Assembly (NCBI GenBank): GCA_965153355.1
Contig: OZ231126.1
Span: 5,890,001 to 5,954,000 of the forward strand
Direction of reading: 5' to 3'
DNA from: Flaccisagitta enflata
Taxonomy: Eukaryota
Length of the DNA stretch: 64,000 nt
In this document: piece by piece, positions 51,280-64,000 of the stretch
Layout: every line of letters starts with the position of its first letter
How positions within the stretch are numbered: position 1 is the stretch's first letter
Translations under genes and position numbers: made by a program
Notes under the pieces: model-generated
What the model saw: the letters and a program-made list of their open reading frames with translations, nothing else
Databases searched by the model: none
Told to the model about the DNA's origin: nothing

Positions 51280-54148
51280 TCATGTTTCGTTGGTCCACTT
51301 TTTGTAGAAATCTCGGATGAATTCGATGGAAATTCCCGCTTGACTGTTGAACCGACGCAGCGTCTTCGGACTCACCTGAGAAAGAACAAAGAAAAGTTAG
51401 GACAGGTTTAAAATGAAGCAGCTTGTGTAGCACGAAAGGAAGAGCAGACAGAAACTGTTACGGACTACAACATTTGCAACGAATGCCGACGTCAGTAAAT
51501 TGGCTTACTGGACAGTTTTCGTTGCCGCCGGTTAGAATCGTGACCATAATGCTTCGTGACCCAGTCTCTCTTGTCGCCGACGTAGTTTCTCGTTCCGCCG
51601 ACGCAGTTACTCGTTCCACCGACGCCGCCGATTGTATCCCTGCCGAAACAGCTTCATCTCGTCTTTCATTTTCCTTTTTCGCCGCGGCATCACCGTCTCC
51701 CATCGATTCATTCGCTGTTTCATCTCGCTCATCGACTTTATCGCAGTCTTCCAGCGGTATTTTATCGGCGCCTTTCTCTACTCCAACAGAGTCTGGATCG
51801 ACGGCGTTCGGCGAAGGCGAGGAAGAGGAGGAAGAGGAGGACGCGCGAGGAGAAAAGAAAGCGGCGCAGCTGAGCAACTGCCGCAGCTGGAAGGTCTTTT
51901 TCGAGGACGCGTTCATAGGCGAGGAGGTGACGCGCGGCGATGAGGAAAAGGCCCGGTTTTTGTTGTTGTTGTTGTTGTTGATGCTATTATTCTTATTTTT
52001 ACCGAAGCTATTGTTTCTGCTGTAGTTATTGTTTTTGCCATTGCCGGTGCCAATACCGGTGCACCCTTCGCCATGGTCGTCACTTTCATCTCTCTTTACG
52101 CCCATTTCATTTCCTTCCTTCCCTCCATCCAAATTGCGTTTGAGATCCCCTTGCTTTACCGCCCGTTCTTCGTTGTCGAGTGTTTCTCTTTCCTTCTCCT
52201 CTTCAACATCATCCTTTCCACCTTCTACCTCTTCCCCTTCCTCATCCATGATCTTGTCAACGAGACGGTCATCGCGTTCGGTTTCGGAATTTTGCGGTCG
52301 AACGAATCGATTTCCGTTTTTGAACTGAAGTTCGAGCCACCGAATCGAATCGCGGACTTCGTGAGATGACTTTTTTAACCCGTCCAATTCGTCGATGATC
52401 AAAGCTTGGGGAAAGCGAATGGGACAAATCTGAGATTTGGGGACAGCTGTAGGAGGTTTAGTTGTTATTATTGTAGTTGTGTTGTAGTTGTGTTGTAGTT
52501 GTTGTGTTGTAGTGTTGTAGTTGTTGCGTTGTTGTAGTTGTTGTTGTGTTGTTGCGTTGTTGTAGTTGTTGTTGTGTTGTGGTAGTTGTTGCGTTGTAGT
52601 TGTTGCGTTGTAGTTGTTGCGTTGTAGTTGTTGCGTTGTGGTAGTTGTTGCGTTGTGGTAGTTGTTGCGTTGTGGTAGTTGTTGCGTTGTGGTAGTTGTT
52701 GTGTTGTGGTAGTTGTTGCGTTGTTGTAGTAGTTGTTGCGTTGTTGTAGTTGTTGTTGCGTTCTAGTAGTTAGTGCGTTGTTGTTGCGTTGTTGCGTTGT
52801 TGTTTCGTTGTTGTTGCGTTGTTGTTGCGTTGTTGTTGCGTTGTTGTTGCGTTGTTGTTGCGTTGTTGTTTCGTTGTTGTTGCGTTGTTGTTGCGTTGTT
52901 GTTGCGTTGTTGTTGCGTTGTTGTTGCGTTGTTGTTGCGTTGTTGTTGCGTTGTTGTTGCTGCTGTTGTTGCTGTTGTTGCTGCTGTTGTTGTTGCTGTT
53001 GTTGCTGCTGTTGTTGTTGTGTTGTTTTAATTATTGTTGTTGTTGTAATTGTTGTTGTAATTGTTGTTGTTATTGTGGTTCTTGTTGTTGTGGTTGTTGT
53101 GGTTGTGGTTGTTGCGTTGTTGTAGCGTTGTTGTATCGTAGTTGTTGCGTTGTTGCGTTGTTGTTGCATTGTTGTTGCGTTGTTGTTGCATTGTTGTTGC
53201 ATTGTTGTTGCATTGTTGTTGCATTGTTGTAGTTGTTGCGTTGTTGTAGTTGTTGCGTTGTTGTTGCGTTGTTGCTGCTATTATGCTGTTGTTGCGTTGT
53301 TGTAATTATTGTTGTTGTTGTTGAGGTTGTGGTTGTTGTTATTGTGGTTCTTGTTGTTGTGGTTGTTGAGGTTGTGGTTGTTGCGTTGTTGTAGCGTTGT
53401 TGTATCGTTGTTGTTGCGTTGTTGTTGCATTGTTGTTGCGTTGTTGTTGCATTGTTGTTGCGTTGTTGTTGCATTGTTGTTGCGTTGTTGTTGCATTGTT
53501 GTTGCGTTGTTGTTGCATTGTTGTTGCGTTGTTGTTGCATTGTTGTTGCGTTGTTGTTGCATTGTTGCGTTGTTTGTTGTTGCGTTGTGTTGTTGTTGTT
53601 GTTTGTTGTTGTTGTTGTTGTTGTTGTTGTAGTTGTTGCGTTGTTGTTGCGTTGTTGTAGTTGTTGTTGCGTTGTTGTTGTTGTTGTTGCGTTGTTGTTG
53701 TTGTTGTTGCGTTGTTGTAGTGTGCGTTGTTGTTGTTGTTGTAGTTGCTGTTGTTATTGCTGTTGCTGTTGCTGTTGCTGTTGTTGCTGTTGCTGTTGTT
53801 GCTGTTGTTGTTGCTGCTGTTGTTGCTGTTGTTGTTGTTGTTGTAGCGTTGTTGTAATTATTATTGTTGCGTTGTTGTAATTGTTGTTGTTATTGTTGTT
53901 GTTGTTGTTGTTGTTGTTATTGTTATTGTTGTTGTTGTTATTGTTGTTGTTGTTGTAATTGTTGTTGTTGTTATTGTTGTTTTGTAATTGTAATTGTTGT
54001 AATTGTAGTTGTTTTGTTGTAATTGTAGTTGTTTTGTTGTAATTGTAGTTGTTTTGTTGTAATTGTAGTTGTTTTGTTGTAATTGTAGTTGTTTTGTTGT
54101 TATTGTTGTTGTTGTTGTTGTAATTGTAGTTGTTTTGTTGTTATTGTT

Positions 54149-54207
<59 letters not shown>

Positions 54208-55637
54208 GGTGGTTGTTGTTGTTGTTGTTGTTGTGGTTGTTGTGGTTGTTGTTGTGGTTGTTGTTGGTGTGGCGTGGTTGTTGTTGGTGTGGCGTGGTGG
54301 TTGTTGTCGTTGTTTGGTTGTTGTGTTATTGTGTTGTATTATTGTGTTATCGTGTTGTGGTTGCGTTTTGTCTTTTGTTTTTTTGTGTTGTTGTTGTTCA
54401 AATAAACGGATGGATACAGTCGAGGGGCGCACTCGAAAGAGGCCAATGGGGAGGGGGGGGATATATGTGAGTTGGCCATTCAGTCTCACCGGGAATGACG
54501 ATAACGAATTTCTTGGAAGCTGCGAGTCTTTGGATTAAAGGCAAATGTTCAATCAATGCCGCCGAATTCGGGATCAAATACGGAGACAGCGTTTTAGTCG
54601 GCATACAAGACTCCAAATTCGACACTTCGTTCTGTAAAGAGCAAAGAAGATAAAGGGTAAAGACACTTCGACACTTCACTCTGTGTAGCAAAAGTGTAAA
54701 GAGGAAAGTTGGCGTGCAAATCCAAAATTTGACACTTGTTTCACTTCATTTATGGGAATCACACCAACTGATGAGTCTGACCTCAAACATGTTTTAGACA
54801 TAAGTTATGACCGGTCATCCGACCTCTCATGAGTAGGTAAAATGTTGTCCAACTCAACTGAGAACTCTTTGGTTTAGACCTAATATGAGCTCTTCCATCT
54901 TAACCTACTTTGAGCCTTAGCTGCGCCATCTTGTTCATCAGTTTCTGACGCTTTTCCTCTTCGTCGCCATCGGAGTGATCCTTTGACGGTGTGTCTCTTG
55001 AAGGTGTGTCTCTTGAAGGTGTGTCTCTCGAAGGTGTGTCTCTTAAAGGTGTGTCTCTTGAAGGCGTGTCTCTTGAAGGCGCGTCTCTCGAAGGCGTGCC
55101 TTTTGGCGAGAAGTCATTCGAATCAATGTCTCCCGACGACGTGTCTCTTAAAGGAGTACCTCTTGGTGACATATCCGTGGAAGGATTGTCTCTCGATGGC
55201 GAATTAGTTGACCCATCATCCACCAGAACGTCCATTCCAGATTCGAAGGATGACTGATTTGTCGGCGTCGTTGGCGTATCATTGGCGGTGTCGATGGAGG
55301 CAAATTCACAGGCGTCTTTAGAGGCGGCAGCGTCGCCCCAATAAGATGTCGAGACTGGAGGAAGTCGAATTATGTCGTCGTCGTCGTCATCGTCGTCGTC
55401 ACTCAAGCCTTCTTCCACAATCACATCCGAATCGCACTCCTAGGAACGAAACGAATGTCAATTGCAAACATTCGAAAGTTGTTGTCGTCGTCGTCGTCGC
55501 TGTCGTCATTATCGTCGTTGTCAACGTCATAGACTCGTAGTGTGATACACTCGAAATTTTCATCATCAATCATGATCATTCATCATCAATTCATCATTCA
55601 TCCTCAATTCATCATTCATCATCAATCATTATCATTC

Positions 55638-55672
<35 letters not shown>

Positions 55673-58600
55673 CAGTCCCTACTCTTAGGTCAATGGTATC
55701 CTGATTCAATCGCAGTGAATTTTCATCTCTCAGCACGATTTTCTTGGGCGACCCCATCCTGCCGTCTAAAACCCTTACAGGCCTGTCTCCTTCACCCCAC
55801 ACACTCCGCTCTCCTCCTCTTCCTCCTCCATGTCCCACCTCCATCCTCTCTTCACTCTTCCTTCCATCACCGCCTCGGTCACTTCTTCTCCATCCTCGAT
55901 CACCTTCGAGACCCGCTTCCGTTTCCCCTCTTTCGTCTCGACCATTTAATCTTCTGCCACCACCACTGCCGCCGCCGCCGCCACCACCACCACCACCACC
56001 GACACCTCCCCCTCCTCGGGGTATTCTGTCTCCGCGATTGTTTCGAGATATGAAGCCACCTTCGCGCGAAGATGAGGCAGAGGAAAACTTGCCATGATTC
56101 TGTTTCTTGTTGCCGAATCGGGACCCAAGGAAACCTGAGAGGTTGAAACAGCACATAGGCAAAATGGTATAACTGGGTTATAAAAATCATAATGCTAATG
56201 TTATATTGTCGTTCAAACGATTACAAAAGCCATCACTGGCTAAAGCATCAATCAAGCTGACGCGGCTCTCTGCGCGATACCATTTGAAAAGTACAGCTCT
56301 GATTTTTGTCCCCATCAACTTACACCGTCTTTAAATCGAAATGGCAAATTGTAAACCTTTGTAGCTCCATAACTACCAGCCCAAAAGCCTTCAAATTTTC
56401 AGTGAATGTTAGTAACAACTGACCATTTTGTCATGCCAAAACTCAGATTTTATAACTGAATAGGTTGGGGGTCATTAAAGCATTGAAAAGCTATCAATTT
56501 CATGGAAAAAAAAACAATTTGTCCCAGCTATACTTGGAAGAATCTTTTTTCTTTTAATGCTTTTTTCCTGATTAAGCAAGCTTGAACCCAGGGGTTGGTC
56601 TTAAATGAAGAGTAACAAATCATGAATATAAGTTCTGCTTGAAAATTTCATTATTTTATTGTATTTATGAAGATTTGAATGATTTTCAAATGATCGACAG
56701 TTTGGATTTTAGCAATGATTGCCAAAAACCAATGATAACCTCAATCTATATCCAACGTTTTTCAATTTTTTAGGTAAATGTGTAATCTCTGAAAAAATTC
56801 CTATCATTTGAGACCAACCCCGGAGTTCTAGCTCAATTTTTTTGGTATCTGTATATTGATAGAGACAATTCTTCTCAAAAGAAAAAAAAAAAAAAAAAAA
56901 TCAGCCCTGAAAATTAGGCATATTTTGTTAGTTTTACTGACCCCAAACTATTCAGTATCAAAATCCGTGTTTGGACATGACAAAATGGTCAGTTGTCACC
57001 AACATTCACTGAAAATTTGAAGGTTTATGAGCGAGTAGTTTTGAAGCTACAAAGGTTTACTATTTGCCATTTCGATTTAAAGACGGTGTAGGCCCTCCAA
57101 ATTCTAAATTCTCAGGGGGCGTTTCTAGTCAGGGAAAATCGCGTTTTGAACGGGCCACTCGGTCGCTCGCTACGTTCGTTCGCTCGCACCACTCACTCCG
57201 CTCATTCACTCCGCAGCGCTCCGCTTTGCTACACTCGCTCCATTCACGGGCTCGCTCACTCACTTCGCTCACTCCCTCGTGGGACAGTTGAAATTCTTGA
57301 ATATGTGTTCACACTGTTATCGCGTTTCACGGAAACAAACACGTTTTTGGCGCTCAATAGAAACACGCCCTTACCCTCTCTGTTCCGTTCGTCCTTCCTT
57401 CTCTCTCGGTTCCGCTGCGGTTGCTTCTCCCTGGGCGTCCTTTGTGGAGGAGGAGGTGGAGGTTGAGGAGCCTCGAATATTTTGCGATCGGGGAAAAACT
57501 GAAGCTCGCTCACGTCCTTTTTCATACAAGCAACGTATCTGCACGCGGGGAGGAGGAAGAGGAGAATTTGATGAGCGAGAAGAATGAAAAGAGGAGCGAG
57601 ATGCAGATTGAGAGAAAGAATAGACTAAAAAAGACCACATGAAGATTGCGCGAGGGAGATTGAAAGGGAGAGCGAGATGAAGATTGCGAAAGGATAAGCG
57701 AAAGGGCCAGTGAGCGAAATGAAAAGCGAGAGAAAAAGTGAAGAATAGAGCGATTCAACAAGATATGAACAAAGAGATGACATGATAGCGAGGCTTGAGT
57801 TTCAGTCATTTCCGACCCCGTAATACAGGACCCAAATATCACCCCAAATTTCTGATGGCGGCGATTCTAAGCAGACATTCTTGCATGGAAGTGAGTCCTT
57901 TGATCCCAGAATCAGTCACGTCTTCATAGTTGGCTTTTTCCGTCTCATCCTCGGGTTTGGATTGGGACAACAATCGTTTGAATCCACTCGCGCTTTTCTC
58001 ATATCCTTCGCGGCAATTCTTCAAAATGGAAAGGAGGAAAAAAATACAGTTGAACCCCGCGGCAACAGACCCGCTTTGAACGGAATTTCTGTCGGTTTTA
58101 AATTTTTCTTGTAGCTCTTACAGAGCCCCGCTTATAATAATTAAAAATCATAAGTCCCTTGAAATCCGTCGGAGCGGGATTTTACTGTACGGTACAAATC
58201 ATTAACATTGGCTCGTCTTCACATGGTCCATCGGTCATTGTAGGGTTTAACGCGCATCTTAGATACTGTGTGTGGAGGAGGGGGTATAGTTGTACGCCCC
58301 TGCCCCACCGTAAAACAATAACCTGGAATATGGATAGACTTTGAAGTGCGAGGTCTTCTGGGAGAGCGATGAGTTGTTTCCAATCTTCGTTGGGAGTGGC
58401 TTTCAGAATAGATGACATACGAGAAGTGATTTCCACGCCCGAAGCCCCCAAAATGTCGTTCTCGTGCGGTAGGCGATTCAACAAAAGCGATAATCGATAC
58501 CACAAAGCCTGATAATAGTACAGTAGATCTCGTCTAGACTTGAGATAACGGGGGCAAGCACTATGGAAGAACAAATGAAATTAGAGAGCTGATATTTTGA

Positions 58601-61286
58601 ATATAAACTAATAAAGGAATAATTTATTCCCCATGATACTTGGTTGCCATGGAAACGCATTTCCATGTATTTATGCTAAAATGTCAAAATTTTGAGAAAT
58701 TTTTTGAGGGAACATTGTTTAAAATTAAATCTGCTAAAACTTTCTCACAGAATGGTCTGTAAGAATATTGCTAATTTGGCTGTTGCTAGGGAGCGTATCC
58801 ATGTGTGACAACCCCTAGCAACCGCTAAACGAGCGACATTCTTACAGAATATACTGTGAGAAAGTTGTAACAAATTTTATCTTAAGCAATGTTCCCTCAA
58901 AAAATTTCTCAAAATATTGATACTTTAGCGTAAATACATGGAAATGCGTTTCTATAGCAACCAACTATCATGGGCAATAAAGCATCATTTTATTAGTCTA
59001 TGTTCCAAATATCAATCCCTTGGCTTCATTTGTTAATCTTCAATGCTTTCCCCCGTTATCTCAAGTCTAGATGAGATCTACTGTAGATCATAGAAATCCA
59101 ATTGGTGACCAAATATCCAAAGACTTCCAGGGGCATGTTTCTAAATATGACAACTATCACGATTATTCCGGTAAATCACGTTAACGGCATGAACATACTA
59201 CTTGTACAGTTAAACCCCGCAATATAACGGACGTCAAAGAACCAAATAAACGAATTTTGTAATTGCCAATGTAGAAGTAGAAGAAATTAACATAACAGGA
59301 CCAAGTTTTTTAAACAATTATAGGCGAGTTTCCTTTACTCACGGATCCCTTGAAGCGGGGCTTAACCTAAGCCGGATCAACAAGGCGCGGGGCCCTAAGC
59401 TAGGCTAGGGGCGCGAGGCCCCCTAACCCCCCCTCTTTGCCCCCCTTCTAACCCCCCCTCTTTGCCCCCCCCCTGTTTACCAAATAACTCAAAACCAGTT
59501 GATTAAAATTTAATCTAGCATGCATAACTTCCTGCCTGCCTAAAAGTGATATATTTAAAGAACTAAAAATAAATGAAACAATAAAATATGACATTTCCAT
59601 TACAGTTAAGCATATCACAGTGGAAAAATTCAAAGCAAACATTCCTGGCTTTTTTGGCTGCAAATTTTTGTGACTATGTCATCAACATTAATTTTTCGTA
59701 AAAGTTCATGCTCGACAGACAAAAGAGTATGATTGTTCAAACAATCGCGATCTTGGCTAATAGATGTGCGTTATTCATTTTTTATGCGTTTTAGTTTGGA
59801 GAAAGATCAATTGGTTACTATCATGGAAAGGTAGATGCGAAGCGCTATTTCTATGTCTAGGAAAGTGGATTGGAGTTCGTTCTGCCTCAAAAATACGTAA
59901 TACTGACATTTTTTTATCTTTCTGTCTTTTTCTTTCTTTCTTTCTTTCTTTCTTTTTCTCTCTTTCTTTTTTCTCTCTTTCTCTCTTTCTTTTTCTTTCT
60001 TTCTCTTTTTTTCTTTCCCCCTTTTCTTTTATTCATTTGTCTTTCCAGGGGTGGGTGCTGCAGGCGCGGGGCCCCCCTGAGGCGCGGGGCCCTAAGCTAT
60101 AGCTTTTTTAGCCTATTGGTTGATCCGGCATAGGGCTTAACTGTAATTATACATTTCAAGCGACCCATGAGACAGTGAGGGATGCGAGTGCGCAAGCTTG
60201 TGAATAGAACGAAAAAACGCTTTTAAATGCAAATGTTCGCGTTTATTAACAGATCCAAAAACTGAATACAAGACTAACCTCTTTCCCATAGGCCGAGGTT
60301 GTGACAGCGGCAAAATTCATTTTGAGCCAATCGGCGATGATTTTGACCAAAGAGATGAGTCCTTGTTCATTCATCACTTTCAAATCACCGCTCAAACCTA
60401 CGGTAGGGAAAAGTGAGTGAATGAATGAATGAATGAATGAATAAATTCATGAATGAATAAATTCATGAATGAATAAATGGATATGTGAATGAATGAATAA
60501 ATGAATGAATGAACAAATGAATAAATAAATAAAGAAATAAATAAATAAATAAATAAATAAAATATAATATAATAATAACAAATAAAGAATACCGCCGTTC
60601 AAAGATTCCATCACAAATGAATACCATAAATAAAGGAAGGTGCCTTCGTAACCACCCTCGCCCATGTAGGAGTACATTTCCTGCATGCTTAACCACGCTC
60701 AATTATGCTTCTTTGTAATCATTTCTCATGCTAATAATCGTTTAAGCTTATCCTTAGTTTGCATGCCACGCCCTATAACTCATGGACTTTCATTCTCTGT
60801 TCTATCCTTAGTTATAGATTCGACCTAGCATTAGTGGCTTTAAAGATACGGTAAATTAATAACTGCATGAGAACCCTTACTAACATTAGTCTATCCAAAC
60901 GCACTTTCATAATCGCTTCTATTTGCCTCTCTAGATACTAACACAACTAATCAATTGACACCTGAGCCGGACTTCCCAATAGGCTTAATAGGCTTAAGCC
61001 TAGGGCCCCGCGGTAAGGGGGGCCCCGCGGTACAGCCCTCACCCCTGGAAAAGGGGGAGAGAAAGGGAGAAAGAAAAAGAAAAAAGAAAGAAAAAAGAAA
61101 GAAAGAAGAAAGAAAGAAAGAAAGAAAAAGAAAGAAAAAGAAAGAAAGAGAAAGAAAAAGAAAGAAAAAAGAAAGAAAAGAAAAAAGAAAGAAAAAGAAA
61201 GAAAAAGAAAGAAAAAGAAAAAAGAAAGAAAAAGAAAAAAGAAAGAAAAAGAAGAAAGAAAGAAAGAAAGAAAGAAAGAGAGAAAG

Positions 61287-61353
<67 letters not shown>

Positions 61354-61387
61354 GAGAAAGAGAGAAAGAAAGAAAGAGAGAAAGAGA

Positions 61388-61423
<36 letters not shown>

Positions 61424-63309
61424 GAAACAAAGAAAGAAAGAAAAATTTCTTTCTAGTGCCCTCCTCAATATTTGCAAAAAAAAAAAAAAAAAATTTCTTT
61501 GCCATTGCTTTTGGTTTGATTTTCTATCAAAAAACTTTTTTTTTCAAGAACAGTTGAACCCCACTCCAATGGACCGCATACTACAGATGCTAATTCTTAG
61601 TCTGTTTTGCTTACTTTCACTTATTTCTTAAATCTCATTTTGGCTCAAACAGAATTCCACTAATAACACATGCTCCTCAATTTGGCATTTTTTTTGGAAA
61701 TAGACAAAAACTCTGTCAATGCGGTTGTGTTTTGATCTTATTTGGTAGTTTTTTGGTTACAAGTTCCTTCTTCAAGCAAAATTCATCTCTGGCAGCTTTT
61801 TCAAAGACAAAACGTCATGAAATGCTTCTGTGCCTGTATGGTTTTCTGCAAATGAAGAGTAAACATGGTGACGTAATTTAGAACATGAAGATCTCTTTTG
61901 TCACAAAAACATTTCAATGGCAACAAGGCAATTTGATTGATCAGCGGAAAATAATACAATAAGATACATTTAAATGTAAATCACAATTTCAGCATTCGAG
62001 GTATTTCGTCATATGTACGTTCTATGGCTTACAGTAACCTTGCCTTTTATAAAATAACAAGTCTCGATGCAAAACCCGATCTTGCTTGGAAAAGCATTTT
62101 TACAACTTTCAAGGAGAGTTATTTTTTCAGTAGTTGGTCATTACATTGGTCGGTTTGTCTGTTGGTGCGTTCATTGATTACATCTACTCTGAAATGCTAT
62201 TTTTGACGTTGTGAAGGAAAACTATTATTGTGTTCATAGAACTCGGATTTGACCCTAAGACCAGAAATTGACAACCGCATTTGTGGAGTTTTCCATTGTA
62301 TTTAACAGGGTGAACAGAAGAAATTTCTCAGTCCTTTCTTAGTCCATTGTTGGAGTGGGATTTAACTGTAGGTTCCTAAGCTTTAAAAAATTAATGCTTT
62401 TCTAATTTAATTCGACGAGTAATAAGAGGAGGGTAGTGGGTGTTAACACAGGGGGGGGCAGCAAGGGGGGGGGCTAGGGGGCCCCGCGGTAGCTGTCAAG
62501 CCTAGGGCCCCGCGGTAGCTAAGTCCGGCTCAGATTGACACTCTTTCGGGCATGAAACTAATGACGATTAGCCCGCTGATGATACTGAATGCCAAGAACT
62601 CATGCATACAAGTAAGTGTTAATCGCTCCTAGATTAGCTTCTTACACCCATGTAACCACCCGCTCTCCTCATCACCGAAGTTATCAGGTTACTACCTTCG
62701 GCTGCTCTTTCGCCGATTTTGTTAATGTTTTCTTGTGTTTCTGCGTCGGCGGCTTTTTCCTCATCGGAGAAGTCTTCGCCTTCCGCAGTTGACGATTCAC
62801 ATTCCTCTTTCAGTCTCACTCCTTTCAAATCCTCTCCGCCCGCATTTTCTTTTTCAACCCCGTTGAGAGATCTGACGAGAGAAAAATATGTTGTAGGAAC
62901 GACAGTTGCGAAACGGTACAGCAAACTCATTTGCACATGACTGGGAAGTTCGAATACTGTTCATTCCGAACCTGGGATGAGCGCACAATTTGTAATTCAA
63001 AGAAGCTCTATAAACAATGAAATATTCAAATGTAAGAACGAACCCATTTGCGTGTTTAGACATGTTATCCAGCGACGCGTCGCCGTCCCCGTTTTCCACC
63101 GCCTCCACTTTCAACTTTCCATCTCCATCAGACTCGAGAACCATCCCCTCCTCCTCCTCCTCCACCCACTTTCCCTCCTTGCGCGGCAAATCATCATTCT
63201 CGCTCTCATTTCTTTCCTTCTTCTTAACATCATTCCGTTCCTCTTCCACTTTCTCAACCTCATCCTCCTCCCTATCTTCATCCTCATCATCATATTCGTC
63301 GACTTCCTC

Positions 63310-63355
<46 letters not shown>

Positions 63356-63868
63356 GTCAAGTCATCTAAATCCAGGTCTCCTTCACTCAGATCGCTGCTT
63401 TCATCACTATCGTCGTCCTCATCGTCATCATCGCTTCGGCCGTATTCATCATCATCATCGTCGTCGGTGCTGCCTCCATCTTCCTCAGACTCGTCTCCTC
63501 TTCTTCCTCGTGCTCTTCCTCCCCCTCTCCCTTTCCGTCTTCTTCTCCGTCGCATCATCATGAGTTTCCTTCTTCTCATGACAACCGGATCTTCTTCTCT
63601 CAATCCCTTTTTGGCGTTGTCTGTCGAGGGACGCCTTCTCTCACTGACGTTCTTGTTGTCGTCGTTATTGTCCTTGTCAATGTCCTTGTCCTTGTCGTTA
63701 TTGTCCTTGTCATTGTCATTTCTTTCCTTAAGGCAGTTGTCGATTTCAAGGCGGTTGTCGTCATTGTCAGCTTGCAAGCTGTTGTCATTGTCATATCGCG
63801 AGCTGTCGACAATCGCATCGTTGCCGTCTTCAGCAAGATTGTCTCGTTGGGAAGTGACGACTGGATGA
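51280..63868 (-). CDS. SMG5: Nonsense-mediated decay factor SMG5 (EST1-like, C-terminal PIN domain); 3' portion only, 5' exons lie beyond the window
   Basis: Phase-consistent GT-AG exons: 63868-63044, 62940-~62696 (donor uncertain), 60397-60279, 58508-58323, 58018-57843, 57538-57375, 56134-55683, 55439-54909, 54631-54490, 52404-51509, 51375-51280 (TGA). Peptides GLISLVKIIADWL, ALWYRLSLLLNRLP, ALPEDLAL, LRIAAIRNLG, MAQLRLK-NEVSNLE, SPYLIPNSAALIEHLPLIQRLAASKKFVIVIP-ALIIDELDGLKK..RDSIRWLELQFKNGNRFVRPQ, MVTILTG, IRDFYKKW match the known SMG5 C-terminal half. Confidence 0.92.
52460..54400. repeat. ~1.9-kb degenerate (GTT)n/(GTTGTTGC)n satellite in an SMG5 intron
   Basis: Directly visible; lies between donor 54489 and acceptor 52405. 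Confidence 0.95.
56323..57088. mobile_element. Tc1/mariner-type MITE (TA TSD) in SMG5 intron
   Basis: Long TIR CACCGTCTTTAAATCGAAATGGCAAAT..GTAAACCTTTGTAGCT, TA flanks. Confidence 0.85.
58521..59083. mobile_element. Near-palindromic TA-flanked MITE in SMG5 intron
   Basis: CAGTAGATCTCGTCTAGACTTGAGATAACGGGG / CCCCGTTATCTCAAGTCTAGATGAGATCTACTG; arms complementary over ~270 bp. Confidence 0.85.
59367..60133. mobile_element. hAT-type MITE (8-bp TSD) nested in a CAGT-terminal MITE (~59207-60143)
   Basis: TIR CTAAGCCGGATCAAC / GTTGATCCGGCATAG; GGCTTAAC duplicated at 59359-59366 and 60134-60141. Confidence 0.8.
60962..62533. mobile_element. hAT-type MITE (8-bp TSD) containing a nested CAGT-terminal MITE (61551-62368)
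   Basis: TIR CTGAGCCGGACTT / AAGTCCGGCTCAG; ATTGACAC duplicated at 60954-60961 and 62534-62541; subterminal GGGGCCCCGCGG repeats. Confidence 0.8.
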
Positions 63869-64000
63869 CTGAAAAAGAAACACAAAAAAAAAGCTGAAAA
63901 ACTAAAGGCCACATCTTAGTTACTTAATTGAAAATAAACCCAGCTACTCGATCAGACCCGGCTACTCGATCAGACCCGGCTACTCGATCAAATCCGGTTA

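Noticed and set aside
52468-54538. Long poly-Q/N/T/C/V ORFs (also poly-F/S/K/R/H ORFs at 2.5-3.5, 14.6-15.1, 17, 23.6-25, 28, 39.3-39.9 and 61 kb)
   Set aside because: Stop-free translations of microsatellites lying within introns.

Overview
Eukaryotic, animal-type genomic DNA with spliceosomal introns and many microsatellites and MITEs; the organism cannot be named from sequence alone. Hand-splicing gives nine consecutive protein-coding genes, all on the minus strand: SMG5 (3' part), an F-box/LRR-like gene, TRIAP1/MDM35, an N-myristoylated TLDc-domain gene, BUD23, two tandem SLC25A21 paralogues, an intronless TTF1/DMTF1-like Myb gene, and VWA8 (5' part). Stop-to-next-ATG spacers are only 70-790 bp (1.56 kb where a MITE inserted), while introns are kilobases long and repeat-filled, which suggests an operon-like polycistronic cluster. 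The >17 kb VWA8 intron holds a nested, intact, 8-exon ~920-aa gene with a DDE-transposase (Academ/DUF6589-like) signature. Intron 1 of the TLDc gene holds a 3.1-kb TIR element retaining an Academ-type Cys-rich C-terminus. Most ORF-track entries are microsatellite or antisense artefacts. Exon coordinates were derived by eye and family assignments from remembered motifs; no searches were run.
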